Source of the DNA: an uncultured Spirochaetota bacterium
GTDB taxonomy: Bacteria > Spirochaetota > Spirochaetia > SZUA-6 > Fen-1364
Direction: 5' to 3'
DNA length: 64,000 bases
Assembly: GCA_963734545.1 (NCBI GenBank)
Contig: CAVTHO010000010.1
Span: 32,001-96,000 of the forward strand
This document shows, in pieces, positions 10,425 through 20,438 of this stretch. A model generated the notes under the pieces. That model did no database searches. It was not told the origin of the DNA and was given only the letters and a program-made list of their open reading frames with translations. The position numbers and the translations under genes are program-made. The first letter of the stretch is position 1. Every line of letters starts with the position of its first letter.

Positions 10425-12211
10425 TCATGGCAGTGCCTTCAGCCGGAGCCTGACCACGGTCCCCCGGCCCTCGCTGCTCTCTATCTCGAGCGAGCCGTCG
10501 TGGTCCTGCATGACGGCTTTCACGATCGACAGTCCCAGGCCGACTCCGTACGGCTTCGTGCTGTACAACGGCTCGCCCGCCTTTGCGCGCGCCTCCGGGC
10601 TCATCCCGGCGCCGTTGTCTCGAAAAACGAGCTCGATCCGGCCGTCACGTGAGCTGCTCTCCACGGCCAGCACGCCCGCTCCCCTGTCCGCGGTCATTGC
10701 CTGCACGGCATTCGAGTGGACATTCACGACGGCGCGCCTCATGCGCTCCGGATCCAGCCGCGCGCGCGCATGGCTGCGCAGGGCTCGCGTCACCTCGATC
10801 CCGGCGGGCGTTTCCAGCTCGTCCAGGACTTTTCCGAGCCAGGCATCCACTTCGAGCTCTTCGAGCGCCGGCGCGCGCGGCCGCGAATAGTCCAGGAGCT
10901 CCACAATGATCGCATCGCAGCGCCGGACGTTTCGCTCGGCGAGCTCGATGGCGCGTTCGCTCCGTTCCCGATCGCCGGCCGCCAGGGCCTCCCGGAGAGA
11001 AAAAAGCGCATTGCGGACGGAGCCGAGCGGGTTGCGGATCTCGTGGCTCACCGTGGCCACAGTCTGCCCGAGGGTGGAAAGACGCTCGCGTCTCAGGAGC
11101 TCCTCCTGCGCGCGTTCGAGCTCGGCAAGCCGGGACGCGAGCTCGTCACGTGTTCTTGACAGTGTTTCGGCGAGCTTCTTGTGAGCGGTGATGTCCTGCA
11201 TGAGAAAAACTCGCCCGATCTTCCTCCCCCTGTGATCGCGTGCGGATGAAATGTGGACCTCGAACGTCCGTCCGATGTTATGCGGCCTCCACCCCTCAGC
11301 CTCGAGAACAATCTCTTCCACGTGGCGCAATCGCTCCAGGAGCTCGCGATGGCCGGGAAAAACGTCCGCCGTGTCCCTGCCGATGATCTGCTGGGGAGAG
11401 AGCTGGAGCGCCTCGGCACCGGCTCGGTTGACGTCGACGATCCGGTTCCGCCCATCCTCCACGAACAGGGCAACGTCCATGTGCTCGATGGCGAGGTCCC
11501 GGGCGATCGGCACGAGGTCGAAGAGAGCGAACCGGGCCAGGGCAACGACGATGACGAGGTCCTGCAGGGCGAGCGTGACGGGCGTGATATCGCGATAGGG
11601 GCCGATCTGAAGGCCGACAATCGTCAGGCACGCCCCGACGAACGGGACAAGGAGAGCGCCGCATACAATGAGCGCCTGACGCCGCAGGACGCCCGCGCTG
11701 CGGAGTGAAAACGAGAGCAGGATCGCCGTGTTGACGACCATGAGGGCGAGAATGTACACGTACAGTACGTCCTGGACAACTGTGATGGGATATTGAAGCT
11801 CGGGGAAGAAAGGTGTCGTGCTGAGCGACGCGGCGGGCCGGATCAGATGATGCAGGGAATCCGTGGCCAGCAGAGCCGACGCGGCGGCCGAGGGAACGCC
11901 GACAACGAGGAGAGCGGTCCGCAACCGGATACCGGCGTTTCACGATGCTCAGGACGAACAGGTATCCGAGCCCCGGGCAGGGCCAGATCCAGGACAAACT
12001 GGACATTATCCCAGAGGATCTTTGTTTCCAGCCTGAGGCTCACCATTTCCATGATGAACCCGGCAATGATGAGCGACTCCGCGACTACCTTGTAGAAGAA
12101 AAATCGCGCGGATTCGACGCCGCGGTATTTCCGCACGTACCCCGCGATCCCGAGGCTCACCGCAAGACCGAGCAGGTAGGGAAGGAGGAAATAGATCTCC
12201 CGGGCAATCAT
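10425..12211 (-). CDS. Membrane sensor kinase with N-terminal multi-TM (HisKA_7TM-like) domain, PAS, HisKA and HATPase; frameshift near 11950
   Basis: Hydrophobic N-terminal ORF 11843-12211 joins ORF 10425-11924; LFDLVPIARD linker, SHEIRNPL, DNGAGM, GVGLGL. Confidence 0.85.
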
Positions 12212-12338
12212 TCCCGCGCCTCGCGCTCAGACATCGCGTCCTCGTGCCCCGACTCGCGGCGGGGTGTCGTGATCCTTCTATAATAAGGTCGCCATCACGA
12301 CAGGGCAAGGTGGGGGAGACCGGGTTGCCGCCCGTCGA

Positions 12339-13481
12339 CTATTGCGGCCGCAGGCTCACGTCGAAGCCGGGATCCAGTGCCTGGAGGGTGTCGTAGAGCA
12401 CCTGGAGCACATATTTCGTGTTGTGGATGCCGAGACTCTTGTCGTCGACGATCATCCGGTAGTTGTAGAACGCCGCCACCTCGGGCAGGGGGCGCACGAC
12501 CTCGGACCGCACGAAATTGAAGCTCCCATCCGGCTTGTAGTACGGCGGGTTCAGTTTCTGCAGCAATCCGGTACCGTTCTTGTCGACGAATCGATCGAGC
12601 AGACCCTGGACCTCCAGCTGGAATGGTTCCTTTTTCCCGTTGCGGTCGTAGTCCTCCTGCGCAATGATGTTGAATACTTCCCTGCCGCGCACCTGCGCAA
12701 TATCCCTGTGGCAGGAGATGCAGGCGGACACATTCAGCGTGTCGACTTCGTGCACTTTGCCCGCGATACGGAAACTGTGGCCGCCGAGCTCCATGCTGAG
12801 GCCGGCGCGCCCCTTGGGCAGGCTCATGTGGCAGCTGATGCAGCCGTCGTTCATGACATCCTTGTGCGCCGAGCTGCCGTAGCTTTTGCCGGGGAACTCG
12901 TAGGCGTTTGTGCCCATCGTGATGTCCGCCTGGGGCCCGTGATGCGAGCCCCAGTAGGGGGCCACCTTGTTTGCCGGCAGGGGGACGACCGTCTTTGCCG
13001 CGTCCGCAGTGGCCTTGTGGCAGCTCGCGCACAGGTTGCCGTGCCCGACGTCGAACACCTTCCCGTTTGCGAGGGTGACGGGCGCGATGGTGCGCAGGCT
13101 GAAATCGCCCTTCTCGTGCGGCATGTGGCAGGTGAAGCAGCCGGGCTGCGAGGGATCCGCGATGAACTCCTTGGGGTCGGGTTCACCTCTCTGCGTGAAC
13201 GCGACAAATCCCTCGTGCGTGTGGCACTTCTGGCAGCCCTGGCCGTTCGCGTAGGCCGCATCCCCGATTATCTTGTGGCCCGAAAGCTCGTACCGGGCCC
13301 TTGCGCCAAGGAACGGGTACTTCGCGTTCGTGCTCGAGTGGCAGTTCGTGCACGCGGTGGCGCTCACCACACCCGCGTCCCTGACTTCTCCGCGGCCCGA
13401 CGCGCGCGCGCACGGAGGGACCGCGGCAAGGGATGCCAGCATCAGAACACAGGCCAGCCTCTTCGTGACGGTCATGCTCAT
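12339..13481 (-). CDS. Exported hexaheme c-type cytochrome
   Basis: Signal peptide and six CxxCH motifs (CTNCH, CQKCH, CFTCH, CASCH, CISCH, CISCH); C-terminal [11 protein letters not shown] motif typical of multiheme cytochromes. Confidence 0.92.
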   Translation of the reverse strand: MSMTVTKRLACVLMLASLAAVPPCARASGRGEVRDAGVVSATACTNCHSSTNAKYPFLGARARYELSGHKIIGDAAYANGQGCQKCHTHEGFVAFTQRGEPDPKEFIADPSQPGCFTCHMPHEKGDFSLRTIAPVTLANGKVFDVGHGNLCASCHKATADAAKTVVPLPANKVAPYWGSHHGPQADITMGTNAYEFPGKSYGSSAHKDVMNDGCISCHMSLPKGRAGLSMELGGHSFRIAGKVHEVDTLNVSACISCHRDIAQVRGREVFNIIAQEDYDRNGKKEPFQLEVQGLLDRFVDKNGTGLLQKLNPPYYKPDGSFNFVRSEVVRPLPEVAAFYNYRMIVDDKSLGIHNTKYVLQVLYDTLQALDPGFDVSLRPQ

Positions 13482-15502
13482 GGCAGCGCCGCCTGTCCTT
13501 TTCCCTCGACCTTTATGGTGCCCTCGACCTTTGCAGTCCCCTCGACCTTGATCGTCTTGAAATTCGCGGTGAGACCATGGAGCTGCTGCGCCATCCCGGC
13601 AAGCTGCTGGGCCGATGCGGAGATCTCCTCCGTGGACGAGGCCGCCTGCTGGGTCAGCTCGTTGACGTTCTCCACCGCCGTCGAAACCTGGCGGGCGCTG
13701 GAAGTCTGCTCGGCCGTTGCGGTGGAGATTTCCCCGCTCATCCCGCTCACGTTCTCCAGGACCCTGGTCACCTCGTTCACCGCCGTGACCTGCTCCTTCA
13801 TGGAGGCCGAGAGGCTGCTCGTCATCTCGCTGGTCATCCGGGCCGCCTCGGTGATTTGCTCCATGGACAGCTTCGATCCCGTTGCGCGCTCCACCCCCTT
13901 CTTGACGTTCGTCACGCTCTCTTCGATGAGGAACGATATTTCCTTGGCGGAGGAAGAGCTGCGCTCGGCCAGCTTGCTCACCTCGTCCGCCACCACGGCG
14001 AATCCCCGCCCGTATTCGCCCGCACGCGCCGCCTCGATGGAGGCGTTGAGCGCCAGCAGGTTAGTCTGGTTTGCGATGTCGGAGATCACGCTGACGATGC
14101 CCGCTATTTTCGCGGAGCTCGTGGAGATGAGGGTGATCGCCTCCACCACCTGGTCGGCTGCCTGCGCTCCCTGCTGGGACCTCTCCAGGGACTGCAGGGC
14201 GAGGTCCGAAATCTGCTGAAGGCTCTCCGCGACCTCTCCCACCGATCTCTGCACCTGCGCCATGGAGCCCGCGCCCAACGCAAAAGCGTCCGCCTGGGCC
14301 TTCGCGTGGATGGAAACCTGATCGATGGAAGAGGTCAGCTCCTCGATCGCGGCGCTCGTCTCCTCGAGCATCGAGGCCTGGCTCTCCGCGCCGCCGGCCA
14401 GGTTCGACGTGGACGCGGAGATCTCCTCGCTGCTCGTGGCCACCTGCGCCGCGTTTTCCTGGAGGGTGATCACCATCTCCCTCAGCTTCACCGTCATTGT
14501 CTGGAGGTCCCGGGCAAGGATCCCGACCTCGTCTCCCTGCCTGATGTCCAGATGATGGGTCAGGTCACCCTGGGCAATGGCGCGCGAGAAATCGACCGCC
14601 TTCGTCACCGGCACGGTGATGCCCCGCGCAATGAAGAAGCCGATGGCCCCCGCCGCGAGCACGGCGATTCCCAGCGCAAGGAAGATGAGCCGGATGGACA
14701 GCGCCGAAGAGGTCTTCTGGGTCGCGATGAGCTCCCTCTCGAGATCCTTGGACACGGTGATGATGCTGTTCGCCGTCTTCGTCATCTGGATGGCGCCGCG
14801 CGCCTCCTTGTCGAAGTAGTCCTTGTAGCTGCTCATCGCCGCGTTGTAGGCCTCGAGGGGGGACTGCAGCGCGCGGCCGGCCTCCGCCGTGCGCGCGTTG
14901 GCCGCAAGACGCGCGACATCGGCGCCGAAAGCGGCGAGAGCCGCCTGGTAGCTCTCCCACGCGGCGGCCTTCTTGTCCTTGAGAAAGGTGAGAGCGGCGA
15001 TGTGCAGCCGGGAAAAGCCGCCCCGAAGGCCCTCGTTTCGATCGGTCGCCTCTCCGATGCGCTGCACCGCCTCCCTCCAATCGGAGGCATAGCGCGCCTC
15101 GTTCCCGCGGTCCGCCCAGTATGCGAGGTAATCCAGCCGGAACGCATTCGCCGCGTCCTGGATCGTCTGGAGCCGTTCCCGCTGAGCGGCCGAGAGTGCG
15201 CCGGCCCTGAGCTCTTCTACCATGGCGGTAATTGCCTTCACCTGCTCGCTCACGTCCTTGAGATTACCGGAACCGCCCTGCAGCCCGTACGCCCCTTCCT
15301 GCTCCCGGGCCTGAAGGATGTCGATGATGCGCTGCATCATGTCCTGCGCGCCGCCGTTTCCCATCACCGCTTCCGCGCTCTCCACCACCTTCGCAACGCG
15401 CCTGTTCTGCACGAATGCGATGAGAGTGATGGCGACCATGAGGACGATGGGGACGGAGAAGCCTATGGCGATCTTCTGCCATATCTTCATGCCGTGAAAC
15501 AT
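13478..15502 (-). CDS. Methyl-accepting chemotaxis protein
   Basis: TM1, a large helical periplasmic domain, TM2, HAMP, and [33 protein letters not shown]; its stop overlaps the cytochrome ATG. Confidence 0.93.
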   Translation of the reverse strand: MFHGMKIWQKIAIGFSVPIVLMVAITLIAFVQNRRVAKVVESAEAVMGNGGAQDMMQRIIDILQAREQEGAYGLQGGSGNLKDVSEQVKAITAMVEELRAGALSAAQRERLQTIQDAANAFRLDYLAYWADRGNEARYASDWREAVQRIGEATDRNEGLRGGFSRLHIAALTFLKDKKAAAWESYQAALAAFGADVARLAANARTAEAGRALQSPLEAYNAAMSSYKDYFDKEARGAIQMTKTANSIITVSKDLERELIATQKTSSALSIRLIFLALGIAVLAAGAIGFFIARGITVPVTKAVDFSRAIAQGDLTHHLDIRQGDEVGILARDLQTMTVKLREMVITLQENAAQVATSSEEISASTSNLAGGAESQASMLEETSAAIEELTSSIDQVSIHAKAQADAFALGAGSMAQVQRSVGEVAESLQQISDLALQSLERSQQGAQAADQVVEAITLISTSSAKIAGIVSVISDIANQTNLLALNASIEAARAGEYGRGFAVVADEVSKLAERSSSSAKEISFLIEESVTNVKKGVERATGSKLSMEQITEAARMTSEMTSSLSASMKEQVTAVNEVTRVLENVSGMSGEISTATAEQTSSARQVSTAVENVNELTQQAASSTEEISASAQQLAGMAQQLHGLTANFKTIKVEGTAKVEGTIKVEGKGQAALP
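13500..13553 (-). repeat. 3 x 18-bp repeat encoding the MCP tail [17 protein letters not shown]
   Basis: ccctcgacctt recurs at 18-bp spacing. Confidence 0.8.
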
Positions 15503-15840
15503 GCTGAGCCTCCTGTTCGAATCGTCTTGCACGCAAAACCGGTATACATAGTCCCGGCGCAAAGCTGTTTCACAAAAGTTGATTTTGATTGATGCTCTAA
15601 CAGTATCACATATATCAGTTTTTTGCAGTATTAATCGAAAGAATATTCATAAGAATATGATGCAAAAATCCACACGCCCTGCTCATCAAAGCACTCGTCC
15701 TGCCGCAAGCTGATATCCCACTTTTTTCTGCCTGCCTGGGTGTCGCGGATATTTCCGGCGCGTGTTGTATCTTGCAAGTTGTATATAGGAACGAAGGCAT
15801 ACTAAGCAGGCGTTCCAAATGGAGGTATACATTGAGAACC

Positions 15841-17274
15841 ATGGTTCAAAGAGGGCACGCGGCGCGATGGACATTGCTTGTCCTGTCCGTCGTCGTGCTC
15901 GCGGTTGCCGGCTGCGCGCTCGGCGCGGGACCGGCGCAGGGAGTTCCGGGCTACGCCAAAGGCGTCATTACCGCCAAGGGCAGCATCTTCGTGAACGGCG
16001 TCGAGTACGACACAAAGAGCGCCACCATCACGATGGATGACACGGGCACCCATCCTGACAGCGACCTGAAGGTAGGCATGGTGGTCGAGGTGAAAGGCAC
16101 CATCGACAGCGCCACCGGCAAGGGAAGCGCTACGGAGGTGCAGTACGACGCCAATCTCGAAGGCCCGATCGACACGGGAAGCATCGACGCAACGGCGCAG
16201 AGCTTCACCGTGTTCGGCGAGAAGATCGTCGCGGACGCGACCACTGTCTATGAAGGGGTGAGCGGCTTCTCCGGCCTCGCGCAGGGGGATCGGGTCGAGG
16301 TCAGCGGAACGGCTGACACCACCTCCCACGTCATAAAGGCCGCCCGCATAGAGAAGAAGAGCATCGCGGGCAACTTCGAGATCAAAGGCATCGTGAGCGG
16401 CCTGGGCGCCGGAACCTTTACGCTCACCCCGCGGCACGCCGCCGTTGGCATCACGGTGAACTTTACCGGAACGCTCGATGCCGCAATAGTGAACGGGTCA
16501 TTCGTGGAAGTGAAGTTCGCCGCCTTCGGCAACCCGCTCTCCACGACGGCCGACCAGGTCAAGCTCCGCAGGCAGCTTGCGCCCTCCGACAAGGATCGTG
16601 CGGAAGTAGGGGGCGTAGTGGGCAATTTCGTCTCGGGCGCCGGCTCCTCGACCTTCACGGTGGACGGCGTCAACGTGAGCGCGGACAACTCGCTGCTCTC
16701 CGGCGTCACCGACGGCGTCGAGGTCGAAGTGAAAGGGACCATGAGCGCGGGCGTCCTCATCGCAGAAATCGTGCGGGTCGAGCGCGAGAGCAACCTGCTT
16801 CTGGGTGGAACGGTCAGCGCGGTCGATACCGGCGCCGGGACCGTGACGCTGAACGGCGTGACGCTGGCCGTGACCAGCACAACGATCTTCCGCGACAGGA
16901 CCTCGCTCACGCCCGCGGCGTCGTTCAGCCTGGCGAACATCATGGTGGGCGACTATATCGGCGTGCGCGGGTACACGGACTCTTCCGCAAGCCCGGCAGT
17001 GGGAGTCGCTACACGAATCGAACGCCTGGCCGCCCTTCCCGGCTCGCTTCTTGCCGGGCCAGTAAGCGCGGCAGCCACCAACAGCCTGACGATCCTCGGA
17101 ATTTCCGTGGACACGTCTGCAGCGACTTTCCGCGACGCCGACGGTCACAGTGTGACACAGTCCGCTTTCCTCGCGCTCATCACGCCGGGAACGACCCTCG
17201 CAGGTGTGATCGGAACCTCGAGCGGCGCAACCTTCACCGCCACGATCGGGCAGATAGGTGAGGTCGAGCAATAG
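15841..17274 (+). CDS. Putative lipoprotein with tandem DUF5666-like (small beta-barrel) repeats
   Basis: Lipobox-like LAVAGC; about six repeats of G-I/V...T-x-x-G-x-x-V...L-x-x-G-x-x-VEVKG...A-x-x-I/V; RBS GGAGG upstream. Confidence 0.7.
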   Translation: MVQRGHAARWTLLVLSVVVLAVAGCALGAGPAQGVPGYAKGVITAKGSIFVNGVEYDTKSATITMDDTGTHPDSDLKVGMVVEVKGTIDSATGKGSATEVQYDANLEGPIDTGSIDATAQSFTVFGEKIVADATTVYEGVSGFSGLAQGDRVEVSGTADTTSHVIKAARIEKKSIAGNFEIKGIVSGLGAGTFTLTPRHAAVGITVNFTGTLDAAIVNGSFVEVKFAAFGNPLSTTADQVKLRRQLAPSDKDRAEVGGVVGNFVSGAGSSTFTVDGVNVSADNSLLSGVTDGVEVEVKGTMSAGVLIAEIVRVERESNLLLGGTVSAVDTGAGTVTLNGVTLAVTSTTIFRDRTSLTPAASFSLANIMVGDYIGVRGYTDSSASPAVGVATRIERLAALPGSLLAGPVSAAATNSLTILGISVDTSAATFRDADGHSVTQSAFLALITPGTTLAGVIGTSSGATFTATIGQIGEVEQ

Positions 17275-17296
17275 GAGCCTCGCAGGTTGAATCTGT

Positions 17297-17360
17297 AACG
17301 GCGCTCTTGCGCGCGGAGGCCACCCGCCCCGCTCACACGGCAAGGGCGCCGTTCTTTTGT
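17297..17360 (+). terminator. Possible intrinsic terminator after the DUF5666-like gene
   Basis: aacggcgctcttgc / gcaagggcgccgtt stem (one G-U pair) with a long loop, followed by cttttgt. Confidence 0.45.
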
Positions 17361-17386
17361 GAGGTGAAAAATTCCGCCCGGGCCCC

Positions 17387-17415
17387 TTGACAACTGCCGG
17401 CGCGCGTGCTAATGG
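17387..17415 (+). promoter_or_regulatory. Putative sigma70 promoter for the riboswitch-ABC operon
   Basis: Perfect TTGACA at 17387-17392 and an imperfect extended -10 (TGcTAATGG) 17 bp downstream. Confidence 0.5.
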
Positions 17416-17423
17416 TTTCTGTG

Positions 17424-17520
17424 TAGTTGAAGAACAGGTCCGCGCCCAGCGCGGATACCGGGCCGACACTTCCCCGTTGGGGAGGCTTGAGGCAGCAGGC
17501 ACGCCTGCGGGACTCATACT
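17424..17520 (+). ncRNA. NiCo (czcD) transition-metal riboswitch aptamer
   Basis: Conserved junction blocks in the expected order: GAACAGG..P2 (tccgcgc/gcgcgga)..ACCGGGCCG..P3 (cttcccc/ggggagg)..GGCAGCAGGC-ac-GCCTGCGGGAC, closed by a bulged P1. Matches the four-way-junction NiCo consensus as recalled, not by a model search. Confidence 0.75.
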
Positions 17521-17637
17521 CTAACCAGTATCCGTTCCGTGGGCGTTTCTGTTTCAGGAGCGCATCGCGCGGGAAGCCCTGGCCTTCCGCCCGACTTCGC
17601 GCCTGAAACCGGATGCTCCGGACGGGGGAGGCCCCCG

Positions 17638-18955
17638 ATGCATCCGACCATGCCCGGTTCTTCTGCGAATCCACTTCCCCCGAATCGACTCTTCATCTCC
17701 ACAATCGCCGCAATGGCGCTCAAGAACCTCTTCCGCCACCGTCGGCGCACCGTGGTGAACCTCATTGGCATCGCCGTGGCTGTCGGCGCTCTCCTGTTCT
17801 TCCAGGCATTCTACCGCGGCTCCTACGAGGAGCTCATGTTCGGCGCCATCGTCGACTACGAGACCGCCCATCTCCAGGTACAGAGCGCCGCCCTCGTCGA
17901 CGAGGACCCCGATTCGTACGCCCGGGAGCCATCGATGATCCCGGACTGGCAGGTCCTCTGCGGCCGGCTGCGGAATGTCGACGGCGTGCGCGCCCTTGCG
18001 CCTCGTCTCCTCGTTCCCGCCTTTGCGGGGGACGGCGTCCGCACGCGCGCTGTTTTCCTGGTCGGGATGGATCAAGCGGCGGAGCGTGAAACCATGCGGA
18101 CCCTCGATCGACTCAGCGCGGGCCGGCCGCTGTCAGGGCCCGGCCAGGTCCTCGTGGGAGCTTCCCTGGCCAGACTCTTCGGTCTCGAGCCGGGGAGCCA
18201 GCTTCGGGTGCAGGTCCGTACGGTCGATGGCGTGCCCAACATCCAGACGTTCACGATCGCGGGGTTCTTCGTCACCGGGTACGCGCTGATTGATCGGGGC
18301 ATGGTATTCGCGAGCCTCCCTGATGTGCAGGAGGTTTCAAGCGCGGGTGACCGGGTCAACAGGATCCACATTCGCGCGGCTTCCGTCGACGACGTGGACA
18401 CGGTGACCGCCGCCGCCGCGGCCATGCTTTCCCAGGCGCGCCGGCCGCTCGACGGCCGGGACCGCGCGGCTCGTTGCAAAGCCGTGGACGGAATCGGCGG
18501 CGGGGCTCCTTGAGCACACGAAGGGCGACCGGCTCTTCATGTTCGTATTCCTCGCCATCCTCCTGGTCCTCGCGCTCTCCTCGATTGCCGGGACCATGTA
18601 CATGGCCGTCTTCGAGCGCACGAGGGAGATCGGCACCCTGCGCGCCATGGGCTGGCACAGGGGGGAGGTCTTCCAGTTGTTCGTCCTCGAGGCGGCGCTC
18701 ATCGGGATCACGGGATCCATCCTGGGAATCATCCTCGGGGGAGGGGCAAGCATCGCTCTTGCCCGTTTCCCCATCGATCTGAGCGGCAGTTTCGATTCTC
18801 TGGACATCCCGTTTCTGAAGATGACCGCCAGGCTCACGGGCCTGGATGCGGTCGTAGCCTCGCTTGCCGGCGCGGCGGCGGCAGCGGGAGCAGGGATCAC
18901 ACCGGCGCGCCGGGCAGCGTCCCTGGAAATCGTGAAAGCCCTCACCACGCGCTGA
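17638..18955 (+). CDS. ABC transporter permease, LolE/FtsX/MacB type (frameshift near 18440-18530)
   Basis: MALKNLFRHRRRT TM1, periplasmic core, and C-terminal MAVFERTREIGTLRAMG; RBS GGGGGAGG before ATG 17638. Confidence 0.85.
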
Positions 18956-18974
18956 GAGATCAGGGAGGAATATC

Positions 18975-19703
18975 ATGACGACAAAAAGACATGCGGTTCT
19001 CGCGGCGGTGCTGCTGACCTTTTGCCTCTGGCCGCCCTCCGCGCGGGGGGATGAGCGGGGCCGGGCGATCCTCGACGTAATGGACGACGCCATGAACTTC
19101 TCGGAAGGACGCATGCGTCTGCGGATCGAGGACCACAAGGCGAACGGCGCCACCCGCGTGTACGCGGCGGAGGTGCTCTACGTCCTGAACAAGGGCACTC
19201 TCATCGAGTTCGTTGCGCCGCCGCGCGATCGGGGAAAGCGGATCCTGACCGTCGGCGACTCGATGTGGATGTCGGTGCCGGGAACGTCCCGTCCGATCCG
19301 ACTGTCCGGCAAGGACTCGTTCATGGGCACCTCGTTCACCAACGACGACGTCATGAATCTCGATCGCTCCGACGACTACGACGCGGTGACGACGGGAGAG
19401 GAGCCCGAGGGCACCCGGCTGGTCATGACTGCGCGCACGACATCGGTTCCTTACCCGCGCATGGAGATCCTGGTCGGGACCGGCTCCCTGCCGGTCTGGT
19501 CGGTGCTCTACACACGCTCGGGCGTTGCGGCCAAGCGGATCGAGTACAGCTCCCTGACTGACTTCGGTGACAAGGTCCGGCCCGCGGTGATGACGATCAT
19601 CGATCTCATGACCAGGGGTGACCGCAGCGTGGTCGTGTTCGAGGAGATGCGCGCGTCTCCCGTGGACAGGGCAAAGCTGTCTCCGGCCTCATTCGGCAGA
19701 TGA
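18975..19703 (+). CDS. LolA-like outer-membrane lipoprotein-sorting protein
   Basis: Signal peptide; F-x-x-P-x-x-D-R-G...W...SFMGTSFTNDD motif of the LolA_like family; position inside an ABC operon. Confidence 0.8.
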   Translation: MTTKRHAVLAAVLLTFCLWPPSARGDERGRAILDVMDDAMNFSEGRMRLRIEDHKANGATRVYAAEVLYVLNKGTLIEFVAPPRDRGKRILTVGDSMWMSVPGTSRPIRLSGKDSFMGTSFTNDDVMNLDRSDDYDAVTTGEEPEGTRLVMTARTTSVPYPRMEILVGTGSLPVWSVLYTRSGVAAKRIEYSSLTDFGDKVRPAVMTIIDLMTRGDRSVVVFEEMRASPVDRAKLSPASFGR

Positions 19704-19715
19704 CGGGAGGATGAG

Positions 19716-20438
19716 ATGAGCTCCATTCGCATAGAACAGGTGACGAAAAGCTATCGGCTCGGCCACACGGATGTCCCGGCGCTCCGGGGCGTCGACTTTG
19801 CCGTCAATGCCGCCGAGATCGTCGGCATTGTCGGGCCCTCCGGCTCGGGGAAGTCCACCCTTCTCAATATCGTCGGCTGCATCGACACGCCCACGAGCGG
19901 CCGCATCGTGATGGACGGCGTGGACCTGGGCACCTTGAAGGACAGGGACCTCACCGAGGTGCGGCGCGGCTCCATCGGGTTCGTTTTCCAGTCCTTCAAC
20001 CTGATCCCGGTCCTGAACGCCTTCGAGAACGTGGAGCTGCCCCTCCTGGCCCTCGGGATTCCGAGCGGACGGCGCAGGCGCATGGTGGGGGAGATCCTGG
20101 AGCGCGTCGCGCTCTCCGCGTACATGCATCATCGCCCCGATGAGCTCTCCGGCGGTCAGCGCCAGCGGGTGGCGGTGGCCCGGGCCCTCGTCATATCGCC
20201 CCGGCTCGTGCTTGCCGATGAGCCGACGGCGAACCTCGATGGGGAAAACGGCCGGGCGATCATGGAGATGATGCACGTGATCAATCATGAGCTTTCCAGC
20301 ACGTTCCTCCTTGCCACGCACGATCCGCGTGTCCTGCCCTTCCTCGACCGGCGCATCTACCTGGAAGACGGAAGGATCAAAAGCATCGAAGACCTTCCGG
20401 GGAGGCCGGCAAGTGCCGCCAGGAGCGGCCGAGCATGA
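19716..20438 (+). CDS. ABC transporter ATP-binding protein (LolD/MJ0796 type)
   Basis: GPSGSGKST, IGFVFQSFNL, LSGGQRQRVAVARAL, ADEPTANLD, THD. Confidence 0.95.
   Translation: MSSIRIEQVTKSYRLGHTDVPALRGVDFAVNAAEIVGIVGPSGSGKSTLLNIVGCIDTPTSGRIVMDGVDLGTLKDRDLTEVRRGSIGFVFQSFNLIPVLNAFENVELPLLALGIPSGRRRRMVGEILERVALSAYMHHRPDELSGGQRQRVAVARALVISPRLVLADEPTANLDGENGRAIMEMMHVINHELSSTFLLATHDPRVLPFLDRRIYLEDGRIKSIEDLPGRPASAARSGRA

Noticed and set aside
12342-15592. Long plus-strand ORFs (625 aa and 671 aa) opposite the cytochrome and MCP
   Set aside because: Antisense shadows of high-GC coding sequence with no motifs. The same applies to 25801-27627, 42487-44073 and 55707-58037.
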